DNA from: Armatimonadetes bacterium JP3_11
Lineage (GTDB): Bacteria; Armatimonadota; Fimbriimonadia; Fimbriimonadales; GBS-DC
DNA length: 58,422 nt
Assembly: GCA_002254605.1 (NCBI GenBank)
Contig: NKPV01000001.1
Span: 1-58,422 of the forward strand
Direction of reading: 5' to 3'
This document shows, in pieces, positions 31,919 through 41,614 of the stretch (position 1 is the stretch's first letter; each line of letters opens with the position of its first letter). The position numbers were made by a program, and so were the translations under genes. Below the pieces are notes generated by a model, which saw only the letters and a program-made list of their open reading frames with translations, did no database searches and was not told the DNA's origin.

Positions 31919-31924
31919 ATTGTA
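31919..31924 (-). promoter_or_regulatory. -10 box TACAAT, 8 nt upstream of ATG 31910 (leaderless-type geometry)
   Basis: Minus strand reads GGGTACAAT-agcccccg-ATG. Confidence 0.45.
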
Positions 31925-31950
31925 CCCCATACTGTAGCCGACCTCTTGGC

Positions 31951-31982
31951 AAAACGCCGTCGCTATGCGTAGCGACGGCGTT
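31951..31982 (-). terminator. Intrinsic terminator after the TlpA-TPR gene
   Basis: 13-bp perfect stem AACGCCGTCGCTA / TAGCGACGGCGTT with a 4-nt loop. On the minus strand it runs into UUUU (two U in the stem). About 25 nt after the stop at 32008. Confidence 0.65.
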
Positions 31983-32007
31983 GATTCCACAACAGATGAA
32001 GCGAGGA

Positions 32008-33102
32008 TTACTCCTTTTTCCCCTCTGCCGCTTTTTTGAACTTCTCGTAGCGCTCGCGGATTTCCTTTTTCGTAGCCTCATCCATCGATGCGTCTTTCTC
32101 GATTAGTTCCACCGCCACCTTCTGGTACTTCAGTGCATTCTGCACATCTCCGTGCTTGAAGTAGGCGTAGGCGAGCGTATCCAAAATGGAGGCATCTTGC
32201 TCTTTGGTCAGCTCGGCAGCGCGACGGGCAATCGTGATGGCAGTTTGATAATCGGGGGACTTGAGCGGCGGATTCGTCGCGTCGTCCACAATCATCCATG
32301 CAATCTGGTTGAGCATTTGGGCATCATCTTTGAAGTCGTTCTGCGCGAGTTGGAGCGCATAGGCATACGCCCGTTGTTCGTCCACGCGCAGCAGCGTCTG
32401 GTAACGGACTATCTTAAGCGTTGGAAACTCGGTATACTCGGCAATCATTGTGTCCAGCTTTTTCAGCGCGTCCTCGTATTTGCGTTGCTGCATCAGCTGC
32501 ATGAATTCGGTAAAGTCTTTCTGGATGGCTTCCATCTGTTCGCGTTGGCGTTGCTGGCGTTCGGCTTCCGCTTTCCAATCGAACTTGCCGGCGATAACCT
32601 GCTCCAGCACTTCGTCGAGGTTCTCCATCGGGTGCCCAATCCATACGATGCGCTTTTGTTGGTCTACGACGAACGCTGTGGGAATACCGTCTTGCCCCGC
32701 GGCTTCCATCCACGCTTTGGCGACGCCTCCTTCGGCGCTATCGACGGCAACCACATAGTTCATCTTGTCCCCCATGTCGCTTACGAACTTCTCCACCCGT
32801 TGAATGTGGGCGTTGGGGTTGTTCTCGTCGACGCGTTCCCACACGCTAACGCCGATAATCGTGACTTTGTCTTTGTACTTCTGCGCGAGTTGTGTCAAGT
32901 GGGGTATGGTTTGGCGGCAGGGACCGCACCAAGTTGCCCAGAACTCCACCACATAGACCTTGCCCTTCTCGAACTGCGGGACAGGTTGCCCCTTGACCCA
33001 TTTAGCAACACGGAGTGCAGGGGCTGGATCGCCCACTTTCAACGATTGCGCCCAGCTCGTGAGCGCGAGCAACAGCGTTGCTGCAACGAATAGGCTTCGC
33101 AT
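32008..33102 (-). CDS. TlpA/ResA-like periplasmic thiol:disulfide oxidoreductase fused to a helical (TPR-like) C-terminal domain
   Basis: Signal peptide MRSLFVAATLLLALTSWAQS, thioredoxin fold with VEFWATWCGPCRQTIPHL, then about 200 aa of helical repeats (ALKYQKVAVELIEKD...). GAGGTG SD before ATG 33102. Confidence 0.8.
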   Translation of the reverse strand: MRSLFVAATLLLALTSWAQSLKVGDPAPALRVAKWVKGQPVPQFEKGKVYVVEFWATWCGPCRQTIPHLTQLAQKYKDKVTIIGVSVWERVDENNPNAHIQRVEKFVSDMGDKMNYVVAVDSAEGGVAKAWMEAAGQDGIPTAFVVDQQKRIVWIGHPMENLDEVLEQVIAGKFDWKAEAERQQRQREQMEAIQKDFTEFMQLMQQRKYEDALKKLDTMIAEYTEFPTLKIVRYQTLLRVDEQRAYAYALQLAQNDFKDDAQMLNQIAWMIVDDATNPPLKSPDYQTAITIARRAAELTKEQDASILDTLAYAYFKHGDVQNALKYQKVAVELIEKDASMDEATKKEIRERYEKFKKAAEGKKE

Positions 33103-33188
33103 GAGTCTCACCTCGTGCAGAGAGTATACCTGCATCACCCTGCAGGAGATGCAACCCCGAAAGGGAATCCTCACATAGGAGGTGACCT

Positions 33189-33851
33189 ATGCGCGTACTT
33201 TGGACGATTGGCTTACTGGGCATCGCGAGCTACTGGGGGCTGAATTGGATGTCTCAAGATGCCCCCACACCACCGAAGGCGATTAAGTTATTCAACGGGC
33301 GTGACCTGACAGGTTGGAAGGCGTTCCTCGCAGACCCCAACGCGAAAATGGAAGATGTCTGGCGTGTGGAAGATGGCATCCTTATTTGTAAAGGTGAACC
33401 GCTGGGTTATATCTACACCGAGAAAGATTATAAAAACTACATTTTGAAACTGGAGTGGCGCTGGGCACCGGGTAAAAAACCGGGCAATAGCGGGGTGCTG
33501 TTGCGTGTGCATGGCGAACACAAAATCTGGCCGCGCTCCGTCGAAGCGCAGCTGATGTACATGAACGCAGGCGATTTCTGGCTTATCGACGGCGCGCCCC
33601 TGACTACCGATCCAGAATACATCGACCAAAACGCCCCACGCCATCGCTGGCGTAAGAAGACCGCTGAGAAGCCCGCGCCTGAGTGGAATCGGTATGAGAT
33701 CATCGTGCAGGGCGACAAGATCACGCTCATAGTCAACGGCGAAGTGGTGAACGAGGGCAGCGGTGCAGAGGTGATTGCAGGCAAAATCGCGCTCCAATCC
33801 GAGGGGGGCGAAATTCATTTCCGCAATATCGAGCTCATCCCTCTGGATTAG
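33189..33851 (+). CDS. DUF1080 (3-keto-disaccharide hydrolase-like) domain protein
   Basis: FNGRDLTGWKAF...WRVEDGILICKG...NSGVLLRV...GKIALQSEGGEIHFRNIELIPL. N-terminal anchor/signal. AGGAGGTGA SD upstream. Confidence 0.85.
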   Translation: MRVLWTIGLLGIASYWGLNWMSQDAPTPPKAIKLFNGRDLTGWKAFLADPNAKMEDVWRVEDGILICKGEPLGYIYTEKDYKNYILKLEWRWAPGKKPGNSGVLLRVHGEHKIWPRSVEAQLMYMNAGDFWLIDGAPLTTDPEYIDQNAPRHRWRKKTAEKPAPEWNRYEIIVQGDKITLIVNGEVVNEGSGAEVIAGKIALQSEGGEIHFRNIELIPLD

Positions 33852-33856
33852 GTAGC

Positions 33857-33915
33857 GGTAGAGCAACCGCCTTGTAAGTGGAAGGTGGGGGGTTCGAGTC
33901 CCCCCGTCGGCTCCA
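33857..33915 (+). pseudogene. 3' fragment of a tRNA-Thr(UGU) gene (D-loop end to CCA); 5' acceptor and D-stem missing
   Basis: Reads GGTAGAGCA-ACCGC-CTTGTAA-GTGGA-AGGTG-GGGGG-TTCGAGT-CCCCC-CGTCGGC-T-CCA. This gives an anticodon loop with UGU, a perfect T-arm, the 3' acceptor strand and CCA. No complementary GCCGACG occurs upstream, where the DUF1080 stop lies 6 nt away. Confidence 0.6.
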
Positions 33916-33979
33916 CCAACATCTTGCGCCGAACGCTGCGCCCAAATACTACCCGCTGTACCTCCACCGCCATCGCCTC

Positions 33980-34171
33980 CTATCCCTTTCTCTCGAAATA
34001 GTGTAGGAAGTGGGGCAGCATGTGGCGCGTCCATTCGGCGGTCTTCACATCACGGGTTGCGCAGCGCTCCAGCAGGTAATCGGCGATGCAGCGTTTCAGG
34101 GTCAGTGCAAGTGGTTTTTTCGGAGCATGTTTCTGACCGTTCGGTAAGTCAGTAAGCGTGTTTGAACTCAT
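33980..34171 (-). pseudogene. Truncated tyrosine-recombinase (integrase) N-terminal stub, 63 codons
   Basis: MSSNTLTDLPNGQKHAPKKPLALTLKRCIADYLLERCATRDVKTAEWTRHMLPHFLHYFERKG* resembles the N-terminal SAM-like domain of phage-type integrases. It ends at TAG with no catalytic domain, and begins 2 nt after the tRNA-Ala CCA end. Confidence 0.45.
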
Positions 34172-34172
34172 C

Positions 34173-34248
<76 letters not shown>

Positions 34249-34323
34249 ACGCCGTTGCTCTCATGATACCCGACGGCGTCCCGCGATTGCAAGAGGAGGA
34301 AAAAAACGCCTATGCTCCCTGCG

Positions 34324-35178
34324 TTAGCCGGAGTGGATGAGCAGCTTGTCCACCGCGTCGCCCAGGAGGTCTGCCAGATTGTTCAGCACCCACTGCGGCA
34401 ACTGTTCCAGTGGGGCGCAGGCGACATCCTCGCGCGTGCTGACGCCTGTCAACACGAGGGCACACGGGATATGCAACAAGTTTGCCAGCGCGATGTCGGT
34501 ATCCAGTCGGTCGCCCACGAGCAGGGTCTGCTCTGGGCGAATTTGACCGCGCTCGATATAGGGCTGCAAGATTTGTGGGTTGGGCTTGCCGATAATACGG
34601 GGTTTGTGTCCTGTGGCGGTGGCAATGGCGGCGACTATTGCCCCGGCGCCGGGCAGCAGGCGGTCTTCAGCGGGGTAGGTCGCGTCGGCGTTGGTGGCGA
34701 TGAACCGCGCGCCGTTCAAAATGGCGTACTGTGCTTGCGCCAGTCGCTCGTAGTTGAAATTGCGATCGATGCCCACGACCACCGCAGCGGGGATTTCGGG
34801 CTCGACGCTTTCTACCACTTCGAACCCCCCTGCGCGAAGCTCCTGCTTCAAACCCGGTTCGCCGACCACAAAGAGCCGCGCACCCCGATCCAAAGCACGC
34901 TGGAGGTACAGCGCCGTTGCCCACGCAGAAGTGATAAACTGTTCTGGTTGCGCCTCTATGCCCATCGACAGCAGTTTTTCAGCATACTGCTGGCGCGTCG
35001 CCCCCGAGTTGTTGGTCAAAAAGAACACCTGTCGCCCCGAATCCCGTAGTAGGTTCAGTACCTCTATCGCGCGCGGCAACGGCTGATTGCCCCGATAGAC
35101 CACGCCATCCAGATCGAACACGAAAGTATCGAACCGGTTGGCGAGTCCGGGTAGCCGCTCGCGCATGCTTTCAGGCAT
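34324..35178 (-). CDS. HAD-IIA family hydrolase (NagD / sugar-phosphatase-like)
   Basis: FVFDLDGVVYRG (motif I), FLTNNS (motif II), GKPNP and VGDRLDTDI (motifs III/IV). Start ATG 35178 lies 2 nt after the upstream stop. The 148 upstream codons in the ORF track are an overlap with the prenyl synthase gene. Confidence 0.85.
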   Translation of the reverse strand: MPESMRERLPGLANRFDTFVFDLDGVVYRGNQPLPRAIEVLNLLRDSGRQVFFLTNNSGATRQQYAEKLLSMGIEAQPEQFITSAWATALYLQRALDRGARLFVVGEPGLKQELRAGGFEVVESVEPEIPAAVVVGIDRNFNYERLAQAQYAILNGARFIATNADATYPAEDRLLPGAGAIVAAIATATGHKPRIIGKPNPQILQPYIERGQIRPEQTLLVGDRLDTDIALANLLHIPCALVLTGVSTREDVACAPLEQLPQWVLNNLADLLGDAVDKLLIHSG

Positions 35179-35180
35179 GT

Positions 35181-36218
35181 CTAATACTTGCGCTCCGTGA
35201 TGAATCGCGCGACCTCCTCTAAGGTTTGTCGTATCGGCGAGGCGGGCAAGCGATTCAGCTGATCCAAGGCGCTCTGTCGGTAACGCTCGGCGACCGCCTC
35301 TGCGTATTTTAGACTGCCCGTGAGCCGAATTTGTTCTCTCCAGTAGTGGAACTGCTCCGCGCTGATGTCCGTGCCGAACTCTGTATGCAGTCGGTCGCGC
35401 TCGTCGGGAGACGCTGTGCGGTAATAGTGCAACAGAGGCAATGTGGCGAACCCTTCGCGGAAATCGGTGCCATTGGGCTTGCCTGTGAGGCGCGGATCGC
35501 CGACATAGTCCAGCAGGTCGTCGATAATCTGGAACGCGATTCCCAAATCGCGCCCGAACTGTTCGAGCGCGTTCAGGGTGGGTTCGTCGGCGTCCACCAG
35601 ATAGCCGCCGATACGGCAACACCCCGCAAGGAACTCTGCGGTCTTACGACGCACGATGTCCAGATATTGCGCTTCGGTGATTTCCAATCGGCGGCGCAGG
35701 AACACCTCGGCGACTTCGCCCTCACTCATGTCGGTCGTGATGTGCGCGACTTTCTGAATGATGCGCAGGTCGCCGTCCAACGCTAAGCAGCGCATGGCAC
35801 GCGCCAAAATGAAATCGCCCGACAGCACCGTAGCCAAGTTCCCGTAAAGGGCATTCGCCGTGGGTTTGCCGCGGCGTGTGAAGGTCTGGTCGATCACATC
35901 GTCGTGGATAAGCGTCGCCATATGGATCATTTCCATGCAGCCTGCGATGATGGCGAGTCGCTCGCGTCCACGGTGTCCATTGCGGTACAGTTCGCCGTAG
36001 CGCGATGGTTCTGCGGCGTAGGCGCAGAGGATGACCATCGCAGGGCGTAAGCGCTTGCCGCCTGCAGAGAGCAGGTGGCGCGTCAACTCACTGAACTGTG
36101 GAATAGCCGTCTCCGCTTGCGCTTCCAGAAATGCCTCCACCGTCTGCATCTCGGGCAAGATGGGTGCAAGCATCTCTGGAACCGTCAGCGTCTGCTTCGT
36201 GATTTGCACTGTGGTCAT
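35181..36218 (-). CDS. Long-chain polyprenyl diphosphate synthase (hepta/octaprenyl type)
   Basis: First Asp-rich motif LIHDDVIDQ and second IIDDLLDY. Typical length (345 aa). Adjacent to ubiE/menG. Confidence 0.9.
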   Translation of the reverse strand: MTTVQITKQTLTVPEMLAPILPEMQTVEAFLEAQAETAIPQFSELTRHLLSAGGKRLRPAMVILCAYAAEPSRYGELYRNGHRGRERLAIIAGCMEMIHMATLIHDDVIDQTFTRRGKPTANALYGNLATVLSGDFILARAMRCLALDGDLRIIQKVAHITTDMSEGEVAEVFLRRRLEITEAQYLDIVRRKTAEFLAGCCRIGGYLVDADEPTLNALEQFGRDLGIAFQIIDDLLDYVGDPRLTGKPNGTDFREGFATLPLLHYYRTASPDERDRLHTEFGTDISAEQFHYWREQIRLTGSLKYAEAVAERYRQSALDQLNRLPASPIRQTLEEVARFITERKY

Positions 36219-36973
36219 GGTTTAACCCCCGTATGAACGCACACGACGCCGAGAGTCAAGTCGCGATAACAGACGTTCATGAAGCCTGCCTCTTTCATAT
36301 AGTCGGCGATCGTGGCTCGGTGTTCATAGTGTTGGATTGACATCGGTAGATACACATAAGCATCGGCTTGGCTGAGGTGTTTGCCAATGCGCGGCAAAAT
36401 CTGGAGGGCGTAGAAATCATACAGCCAGGTCATTGGGGGGCGTTGCGGGCGCGTGAGTTCCAGAATGGCAACTTTGCCTGTGGGTTTGAGCACGCGAAAG
36501 ATTTCACGGAGCGCAGCTGGCTTGTCGATCAGGTTACGCATTCCGAACGCTATCGTGACGGCGTCGAACTGCGCGTCGGTGAAGGGCAGTTGCAGCGCGT
36601 CGGCTTGTAGCCAAGTGGTGTGGTTCAGCCCGCGCCGATGGGCTTTGGCGCGCCCCATCTTTAGCATCGGCTCACAAAAGTCGAGCGCGACCACTTCGCC
36701 CGCAGGTCCCAGATGGCGCGCGAGTTCTATGGCGAGGTCACCCGTGCCCGTGCATAAGTCCAGCACGCGCGAGTCGGGCGCAAGGCGTAGCCAACGCACA
36801 ACCTGCCGGCGCCAGTAGTGGTGGAGCTGGAAGCTCAAAATGGAGTTCAGCAGGTCGTAGCGTGGCGCGACGCGGCTGAACATCTCCCGCACATAGCGAC
36901 GGCGTGCCCCATCCTGACGCGCCCAGATGGGCGGCTCCGTCTGCCGATTTGTGCAAGTTTTCACAGTTGGCAA
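36215..36973 (-). CDS. ubiE: Demethylmenaquinone / ubiquinone C-methyltransferase (UbiE/MenG)
   Basis: MFSRVAPRYDLLNSILSFQLHHYWRR and SAM motif VLDLCTGTGDL. ATGA overlap with the prenyl synthase. The ORF-track start is TTG 36973. GTG 36964 is the likelier start, being 10 nt after a TATAAT. Confidence 0.88.
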   Translation of the reverse strand: MPTVKTCTNRQTEPPIWARQDGARRRYVREMFSRVAPRYDLLNSILSFQLHHYWRRQVVRWLRLAPDSRVLDLCTGTGDLAIELARHLGPAGEVVALDFCEPMLKMGRAKAHRRGLNHTTWLQADALQLPFTDAQFDAVTIAFGMRNLIDKPAALREIFRVLKPTGKVAILELTRPQRPPMTWLYDFYALQILPRIGKHLSQADAYVYLPMSIQHYEHRATIADYMKEAGFMNVCYRDLTLGVVCVHTGVKP

Positions 36974-36974
36974 G

Positions 36975-36980
36975 ATTATA
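36975..36980 (-). promoter_or_regulatory. -10 box TATAAT abutting TTG 36973 and 10 nt upstream of GTG 36964
   Basis: Minus strand reads CAGGTATAAT-c-TTGCCAACT-GTG. No SD motif. Confidence 0.4.
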
Positions 36981-37018
36981 CCTGATTGAGGGCGGCGGGC
37001 ACAGGTCTATCAATCGGC

Positions 37019-38470
37019 TTACAATATATATCGGCTGAGATCCGCATCTTTGATGACATCCGCCAGCTTCGCTTGCACATAGGCGCGGTCGATAACAATC
37101 CGCTGACCCGCGAAATCGGGCGCGTCGAAGGATAGGTCTTCCATCAGGCGTTCCATCACGGTGTGGAGGCGGCGCGCGCCGATGTTCTCCGTGCGGACGT
37201 TCACCTCTCCAGCGATGCGGGCAATCTCGTCAATGGCGTCATCCGTGAACTCCAGTTGCACCCCTTCGGTCGCCATCAGCTGCTGATATTGCTTTATGAG
37301 CGCGTTTTTGGGCTCGGTGAGAATGCGTCGGAAATCCTCGGCGCCCAAAGGCTCCAGCTCCACGCGAATGGGCAGGCGCCCCTGCAGTTCGGGAATCAAA
37401 TCCGAGGGCTTGGCGGTATGGAACGCGCCCGCTGCGATGAAAAGGATGTGGTCGGTGCGGACGGGTCCATACTTCGTGGCGACGGTCGAACCCTCGATGA
37501 TAGGGAGCAGGTCGCGCTGCACTCCCTCGCGGCTCACATCGGGTCCTGTAGCGCGCCCCGAGCCGGCGATTTTGTCGATTTCATCGAGGAAAATGATACC
37601 TGTCTGCTCCACCCGCTGGATGGCTTCCCGAATGACGGCGGAGCGGTCGATCATTTTGCGAGCCTCCTGCTGCGTAAAAATCTCGCGTGCTTCGGCGATG
37701 GTGGTCACGCGCTTGCTGCGGCTGCGTGGTCCGAAGGGCGGCAGGAGGTCAATGTCCAGCCCCATTTCCTCGATCCCCTGGGGCGAGAACACTTGCACGA
37801 ACGGGGTCAGCATCTCTTCCACCTCGATTTCGATAGTCTCTTGGTCGCGCACGCCTGATTTAAGCTGTTCCAAGACTTGGCGTCGGCGCGTGCGACGGTC
37901 CATCTCCTCCTCGGTGGATGGTGCCGTTTGCTCTTCGGGGGGTTCCTCTGCGCCCTCGAACTGGTTAAGCATCTGGAAAATCGCTTCGAAGGGGGAAACT
38001 CCGCGTGGGCGCGAGCGTTTGGGGCGCTCGGCGGCGTTGAGCAGGAGCGTGGCGAGTTTCTCGTAAGCACGGCGCTCGGCTTTGGGGCGCACCTCGTCCA
38101 TTTTCTCTTGTTCGACCATGCGCACGGCGATGTTGGTCAGGTCGCGTATCATTGAGTCCACATCACGCCCCACATAGCCGACTTCGGTAAACTTGGTCGC
38201 CTCCACCTTCACAAAGGGCGCACGCACCAACATCGCCAATCGCCGTGCAATCTCGGTCTTACCAACCCCTGTGGGACCTATCATGAGGATGTTTTTGGGC
38301 AGAATCTCGTCGCGCAGTTCTGGGGGTAATTGCTGTCTGCGGTAGCGGTTTCGAAGGGCAATCGCCACAGCGCGCTTGGCTTTCGTTTGCCCAACGATAT
38401 ATTTGTCTAACTCCGCCATAATCTGTCGCGGTGTGAGCGACTCGACAGGAATAACTGGCTTGGTTCTCAC
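37019..38470 (-). CDS. hslU: ATP-dependent protease ATPase subunit HslU
   Basis: [34 protein letters not shown], Walker [26 protein letters not shown], and the C-terminal ...DLSRYIL. GTG start. Confidence 0.95.
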   Translation of the reverse strand: MRTKPVIPVESLTPRQIMAELDKYIVGQTKAKRAVAIALRNRYRRQQLPPELRDEILPKNILMIGPTGVGKTEIARRLAMLVRAPFVKVEATKFTEVGYVGRDVDSMIRDLTNIAVRMVEQEKMDEVRPKAERRAYEKLATLLLNAAERPKRSRPRGVSPFEAIFQMLNQFEGAEEPPEEQTAPSTEEEMDRRTRRRQVLEQLKSGVRDQETIEIEVEEMLTPFVQVFSPQGIEEMGLDIDLLPPFGPRSRSKRVTTIAEAREIFTQQEARKMIDRSAVIREAIQRVEQTGIIFLDEIDKIAGSGRATGPDVSREGVQRDLLPIIEGSTVATKYGPVRTDHILFIAAGAFHTAKPSDLIPELQGRLPIRVELEPLGAEDFRRILTEPKNALIKQYQQLMATEGVQLEFTDDAIDEIARIAGEVNVRTENIGARRLHTVMERLMEDLSFDAPDFAGQRIVIDRAYVQAKLADVIKDADLSRYIL

Positions 38471-38507
38471 AGCGTTAAGTGTACCCCGAGCATGGTAGAA
38501 AAGCCGG

Positions 38508-38583
<76 letters not shown>

Positions 38584-38586
38584 TTC

Positions 38587-38664
38587 TGGGGGGATCGATG
38601 GGACTCGAACCCACGACCTCCTGAGCCACAGTCAGGCGCTCTAACCGACTGAGCTACGATCCCC
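38587..38664 (-). tRNA. tRNA-His (anticodon GUG) with encoded G-1 and CCA
   Basis: Reverse complement: G-GGGATCG-TA-GCTC-AGTCGGTTA-GAGC-G-CCTGA-CTGTGGC-TCAGG-AGGTC-GTGGG-TTCGAGT-CCCAT-CGATCCC-C-CCA. The extra 5' G opposite C73 is the bacterial His identity feature. Confidence 0.9.
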
Positions 38665-38764
38665 ATGCGTGCGTTCAATTATACCCGCTTACGAAGACAG
38701 AATGCAAGAGATAGGCAGGATTCGGCGTGCGCATGACGAATCTGTTTTGCAGGGAGAACGAGCT

Positions 38765-40084
38765 ATGGAGCGGATTACACGGCGAGCATTTTTAGGGCAG
38801 TCGGGGCGCGCCGTTATCGGGGCGGCAGCGGGATTGACCGTGCTGCGCAGCTGGAGCCACAGCCCTAACGATACCATCGGCGTCGCCATCATCGGCTTGA
38901 ACGGGCAAGGCAAGAGCCATATACGCAACTTCAGCGAGATGGAGGGCGTGCGCATCGTCGCCCTGTGCGATGTGGACGAGCGTGTGTTGCAGCAGGCAGG
39001 CGCGATGGTGGAACAGCGCACGGGCAGCCGCCCGAAACTGTACATCGACCTGCGGCAACTGCTGGAAGATAAGGAAATCGACGCCATCTCCACTGCCACG
39101 CCGAATCACTGGCACGCGCTTATTACCATCTGGGCGTGTCAGGCGGGCAAAGATGTCTATGTCGAAAAACCCGCCTGCTGGAGCTTTGATGAAGGAGAAA
39201 AAATGGTGCAGGCAGCGCGGAAGTATAATCGCATCGTGCAGGTGGGACACCAAACACGCTCCGATCCCGTCACTCGCCTTGCCGTGCAACGCGCCTTAGC
39301 CGGCGAAATCGGCAAAGTGTACATGGCGCGCGGACTGTGCTACAAACCCCGCGGTCCCATCGGCTTCCAGAAGGACACCGATCCGCCCCCATGGCTGCAT
39401 TGGGAACTCTGGCAAGGACCAGCCAACCGACGCCCTTTCAACCCCAACTATGTGCATTACAACTGGCACTGGTTCTGGAACTACGGCAACGGCGACATCG
39501 GCAATCAGGGTGTGCATCAGATGGATGTCGCTCGCTGGTTCCTCAACAAGCGGTATCCCGTCGCAGTGTATTCTGTGGGAGGACGCTACGGCTACGAAGA
39601 CCAAGGCGAAACCCCCAACACGCAAGTCGCCACTTTTGAATACGAGGATGGGACGCTACTGGTGTTCGAAGTACGTGGTCTTTATACCAACGATGAGCAA
39701 GGCGCCAAGATTGGCAACCTCGTGTATGGTTCGCTGGGCTATATGTCGTCGGGCGATGGCTACAAGCCGCGCCGTAGTCCCCAGGAGGAGTTGCCTGAAA
39801 AAGAGAACCCGCAACGCCCTGAATTGGGCGGTACGGGCGAACCTAATCACTATCGCAACTTCATCCAGGCGGTACGGAGCCGACGCATCAGCGACCTGCA
39901 CTGCGATGTGGAAGAGGGGGTCATCTCGGCGCAATTGGTGCATCTCGCGAACATCTCCTACCGATTGGGGCGCGCCCTACGCTTCGACCCGGTGCGCAAG
40001 CAGTTCATCGGCGACCGCGAGGCGAATGCCCTACTCAAACGCCAGAACCAGCCGAAAGGGTTCGAGATACCGAGCCGAGTGTAA
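38765..40084 (+). CDS. Gfo/Idh/MocA-family oxidoreductase with twin-arginine signal
   Basis: MERITRRAFLGQSGRAVIGAAAGL (TAT motif), Rossmann VAIIGLNGQGKSH, then EKP and later family blocks. ATG 38765 chosen because the TAT signal starts there. Confidence 0.85.
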   Translation: MERITRRAFLGQSGRAVIGAAAGLTVLRSWSHSPNDTIGVAIIGLNGQGKSHIRNFSEMEGVRIVALCDVDERVLQQAGAMVEQRTGSRPKLYIDLRQLLEDKEIDAISTATPNHWHALITIWACQAGKDVYVEKPACWSFDEGEKMVQAARKYNRIVQVGHQTRSDPVTRLAVQRALAGEIGKVYMARGLCYKPRGPIGFQKDTDPPPWLHWELWQGPANRRPFNPNYVHYNWHWFWNYGNGDIGNQGVHQMDVARWFLNKRYPVAVYSVGGRYGYEDQGETPNTQVATFEYEDGTLLVFEVRGLYTNDEQGAKIGNLVYGSLGYMSSGDGYKPRRSPQEELPEKENPQRPELGGTGEPNHYRNFIQAVRSRRISDLHCDVEEGVISAQLVHLANISYRLGRALRFDPVRKQFIGDREANALLKRQNQPKGFEIPSRV

Positions 40085-40131
40085 CCCAAGCGAGTACCGC
40101 CGTCGCTTCCTCGAGCCCATCGACGGCGCGA

Positions 40132-40890
40132 TTAGCGCAACGCCACATAAAACACTCGGTCGCTGCGCCGTTCGGGCGGGTGGAGCGTGTAGGCGTCGAA
40201 CAGATGCACTTCGGGGAAGCCTGCCGCGTAGAGCATTGCGCGCACCTCTTGCTCGGCGTAGGCGCGTTGGGTATGCACTTCGGTAAAGGAGCGTTCGGTG
40301 TCGCCCTCGCGCACCCAAAACTCCATGTTCACCGTGCAGATTCGCGTCTGCTTGTCGTAGTGACTGCGCCAGCGGTAGCGTATGGGGGCGTTCGCGTCCA
40401 GCTGGGTCTGGTCGAAAAACTTGCGCACGAAGGCGTATTCGGTGTTCAGGTCGAAAATGAATGTGCCTTCGGGGGTGAGGTGCTGATAAACGCGGCGCAT
40501 CGCCTCTGCGAAACGCGCTGGCTCGGTGATGTTGTTCAGGCTATCAAACAGGCTCACGATGAGGTCGAAGGTCTCGCCGAGTTCCAGTTCGCTGGCGTCT
40601 TGCACATAGTAGCGCACGCCGGAGCGATTTTCCTGCGCTTTGCGTCGCGCCTGTTCAATCATTGCGGCGGAGTGGTCAACCCCCACCACTTCATAACCGC
40701 TCATCGCCAGCAACTCGCTCAGATTGCCCGTGCCGCAGCATAAATCCAGCACTTTCTGCGCAGGGCGGTCAAAATAGTCGAGCAGCGTCTCTATATAGTG
40801 CATCCACCATAAGTAGGGGATGCTCTGCATCAGCAGGTCGTAGTAGGGTGCGACCGCAGAGAAAGGTTCAGATGCTGAAGAGTTGTTCAT
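40132..40890 (-). CDS. Class I SAM-dependent methyltransferase
   Basis: VLDLCCGTGNLSELLAMSGYEVVGVDHSAAMIEQA (motif I/II), DLIVSLFDSLN. Substrate not inferable. Confidence 0.8.
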   Translation of the reverse strand: MNNSSASEPFSAVAPYYDLLMQSIPYLWWMHYIETLLDYFDRPAQKVLDLCCGTGNLSELLAMSGYEVVGVDHSAAMIEQARRKAQENRSGVRYYVQDASELELGETFDLIVSLFDSLNNITEPARFAEAMRRVYQHLTPEGTFIFDLNTEYAFVRKFFDQTQLDANAPIRYRWRSHYDKQTRICTVNMEFWVREGDTERSFTEVHTQRAYAEQEVRAMLYAAGFPEVHLFDAYTLHPPERRSDRVFYVALR

Positions 40891-41614
40891 CTAAGCCCTG
40901 ATTGACGCGAATGTTGCTGTTTACGGTGCGCCCGCCGAACCGCTGGTCCACATTATAGACTTCGACCTTGCTGGGGATCCAGATTCCGGGCGCGGCTTGG
41001 ACGGGTTCTTTGTACTCGAAGCGGGCGCGATAGCGTCCGGTGCGACTGTACCACACGCGCCGCACCGAGTAGCGTTTGTCGGGATCCATCCACACAATAT
41101 GCCGGGCGTCGTCGTCGCCGTAGTTCCATTGCAGTTCGTAGACCAGCAGCAGCGTTCTGTCCTCGCGCTCTTCGCGTAGGAACTTCACATCGAACTGGCG
41201 GGCGACGGAGGGGGTGAAGAAGCCGAAGTCCATAGGCGTTTGGCGTTTGCCCGGCGAGTTGGAAACATCTTCGCGCACCCGCTGCCTGGGAGCAATGACC
41301 AGTTTGTGTCCTCCGTTCAAGATGTAGATAATCCGTTGCCCCTGCACCTCCGATTCCAAACGCAATTGGAGCGGCTCCTTGTAGTACACGGTCATGCGGC
41401 GGAATCGGTAGGCATTGGCGAAGTCTTTATTGATTTTGCGCAACTCGCCAAGGCGTACCCCCTCAGCACGCGCTTCCATCTGCAAGTCGCGCAATTTGTC
41501 CTGTGCTAACGAGAGAAATTCGCGGTTCACGCTCTGTCTCACCTCGATGCAAGTATACCCACTCTTCCCACCAACCTCTTGTTCCTCACTCGCTGGCGAC
41601 GGCTGCAACCGCAC
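40868..41614 (-). CDS. Hypothetical protein (possibly LolA-like / lipoprotein-sorting-like fold); start uncertain
   Basis: Beta-rich sequence (YKEPLQLRLESEVQGQRIIYILNGGHKLVIAP...VWYSRTGRYRARFEYKEP...IPSKVEVYN) with no signal peptide in any available start. It overlaps cstA by 29 nt and the methyltransferase by 23 nt. Confidence 0.4.
   Translation of the reverse strand: MRLQPSPASEEQEVGGKSGYTCIEVRQSVNREFLSLAQDKLRDLQMEARAEGVRLGELRKINKDFANAYRFRRMTVYYKEPLQLRLESEVQGQRIIYILNGGHKLVIAPRQRVREDVSNSPGKRQTPMDFGFFTPSVARQFDVKFLREEREDRTLLLVYELQWNYGDDDARHIVWMDPDKRYSVRRVWYSRTGRYRARFEYKEPVQAAPGIWIPSKVEVYNVDQRFGGRTVNSNIRVNQGLDEQLFSI

Noticed and set aside
38471-38484. TACACT-N7-GTG upstream of hslU as another leaderless promoter.
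   Set aside because: The hexamer is weaker and the start is GTG. The gene lies 38 nt downstream of co-oriented tRNA genes, so read-through or processing from the tRNA transcript is equally plausible. It was not counted with the nine cleaner cases.
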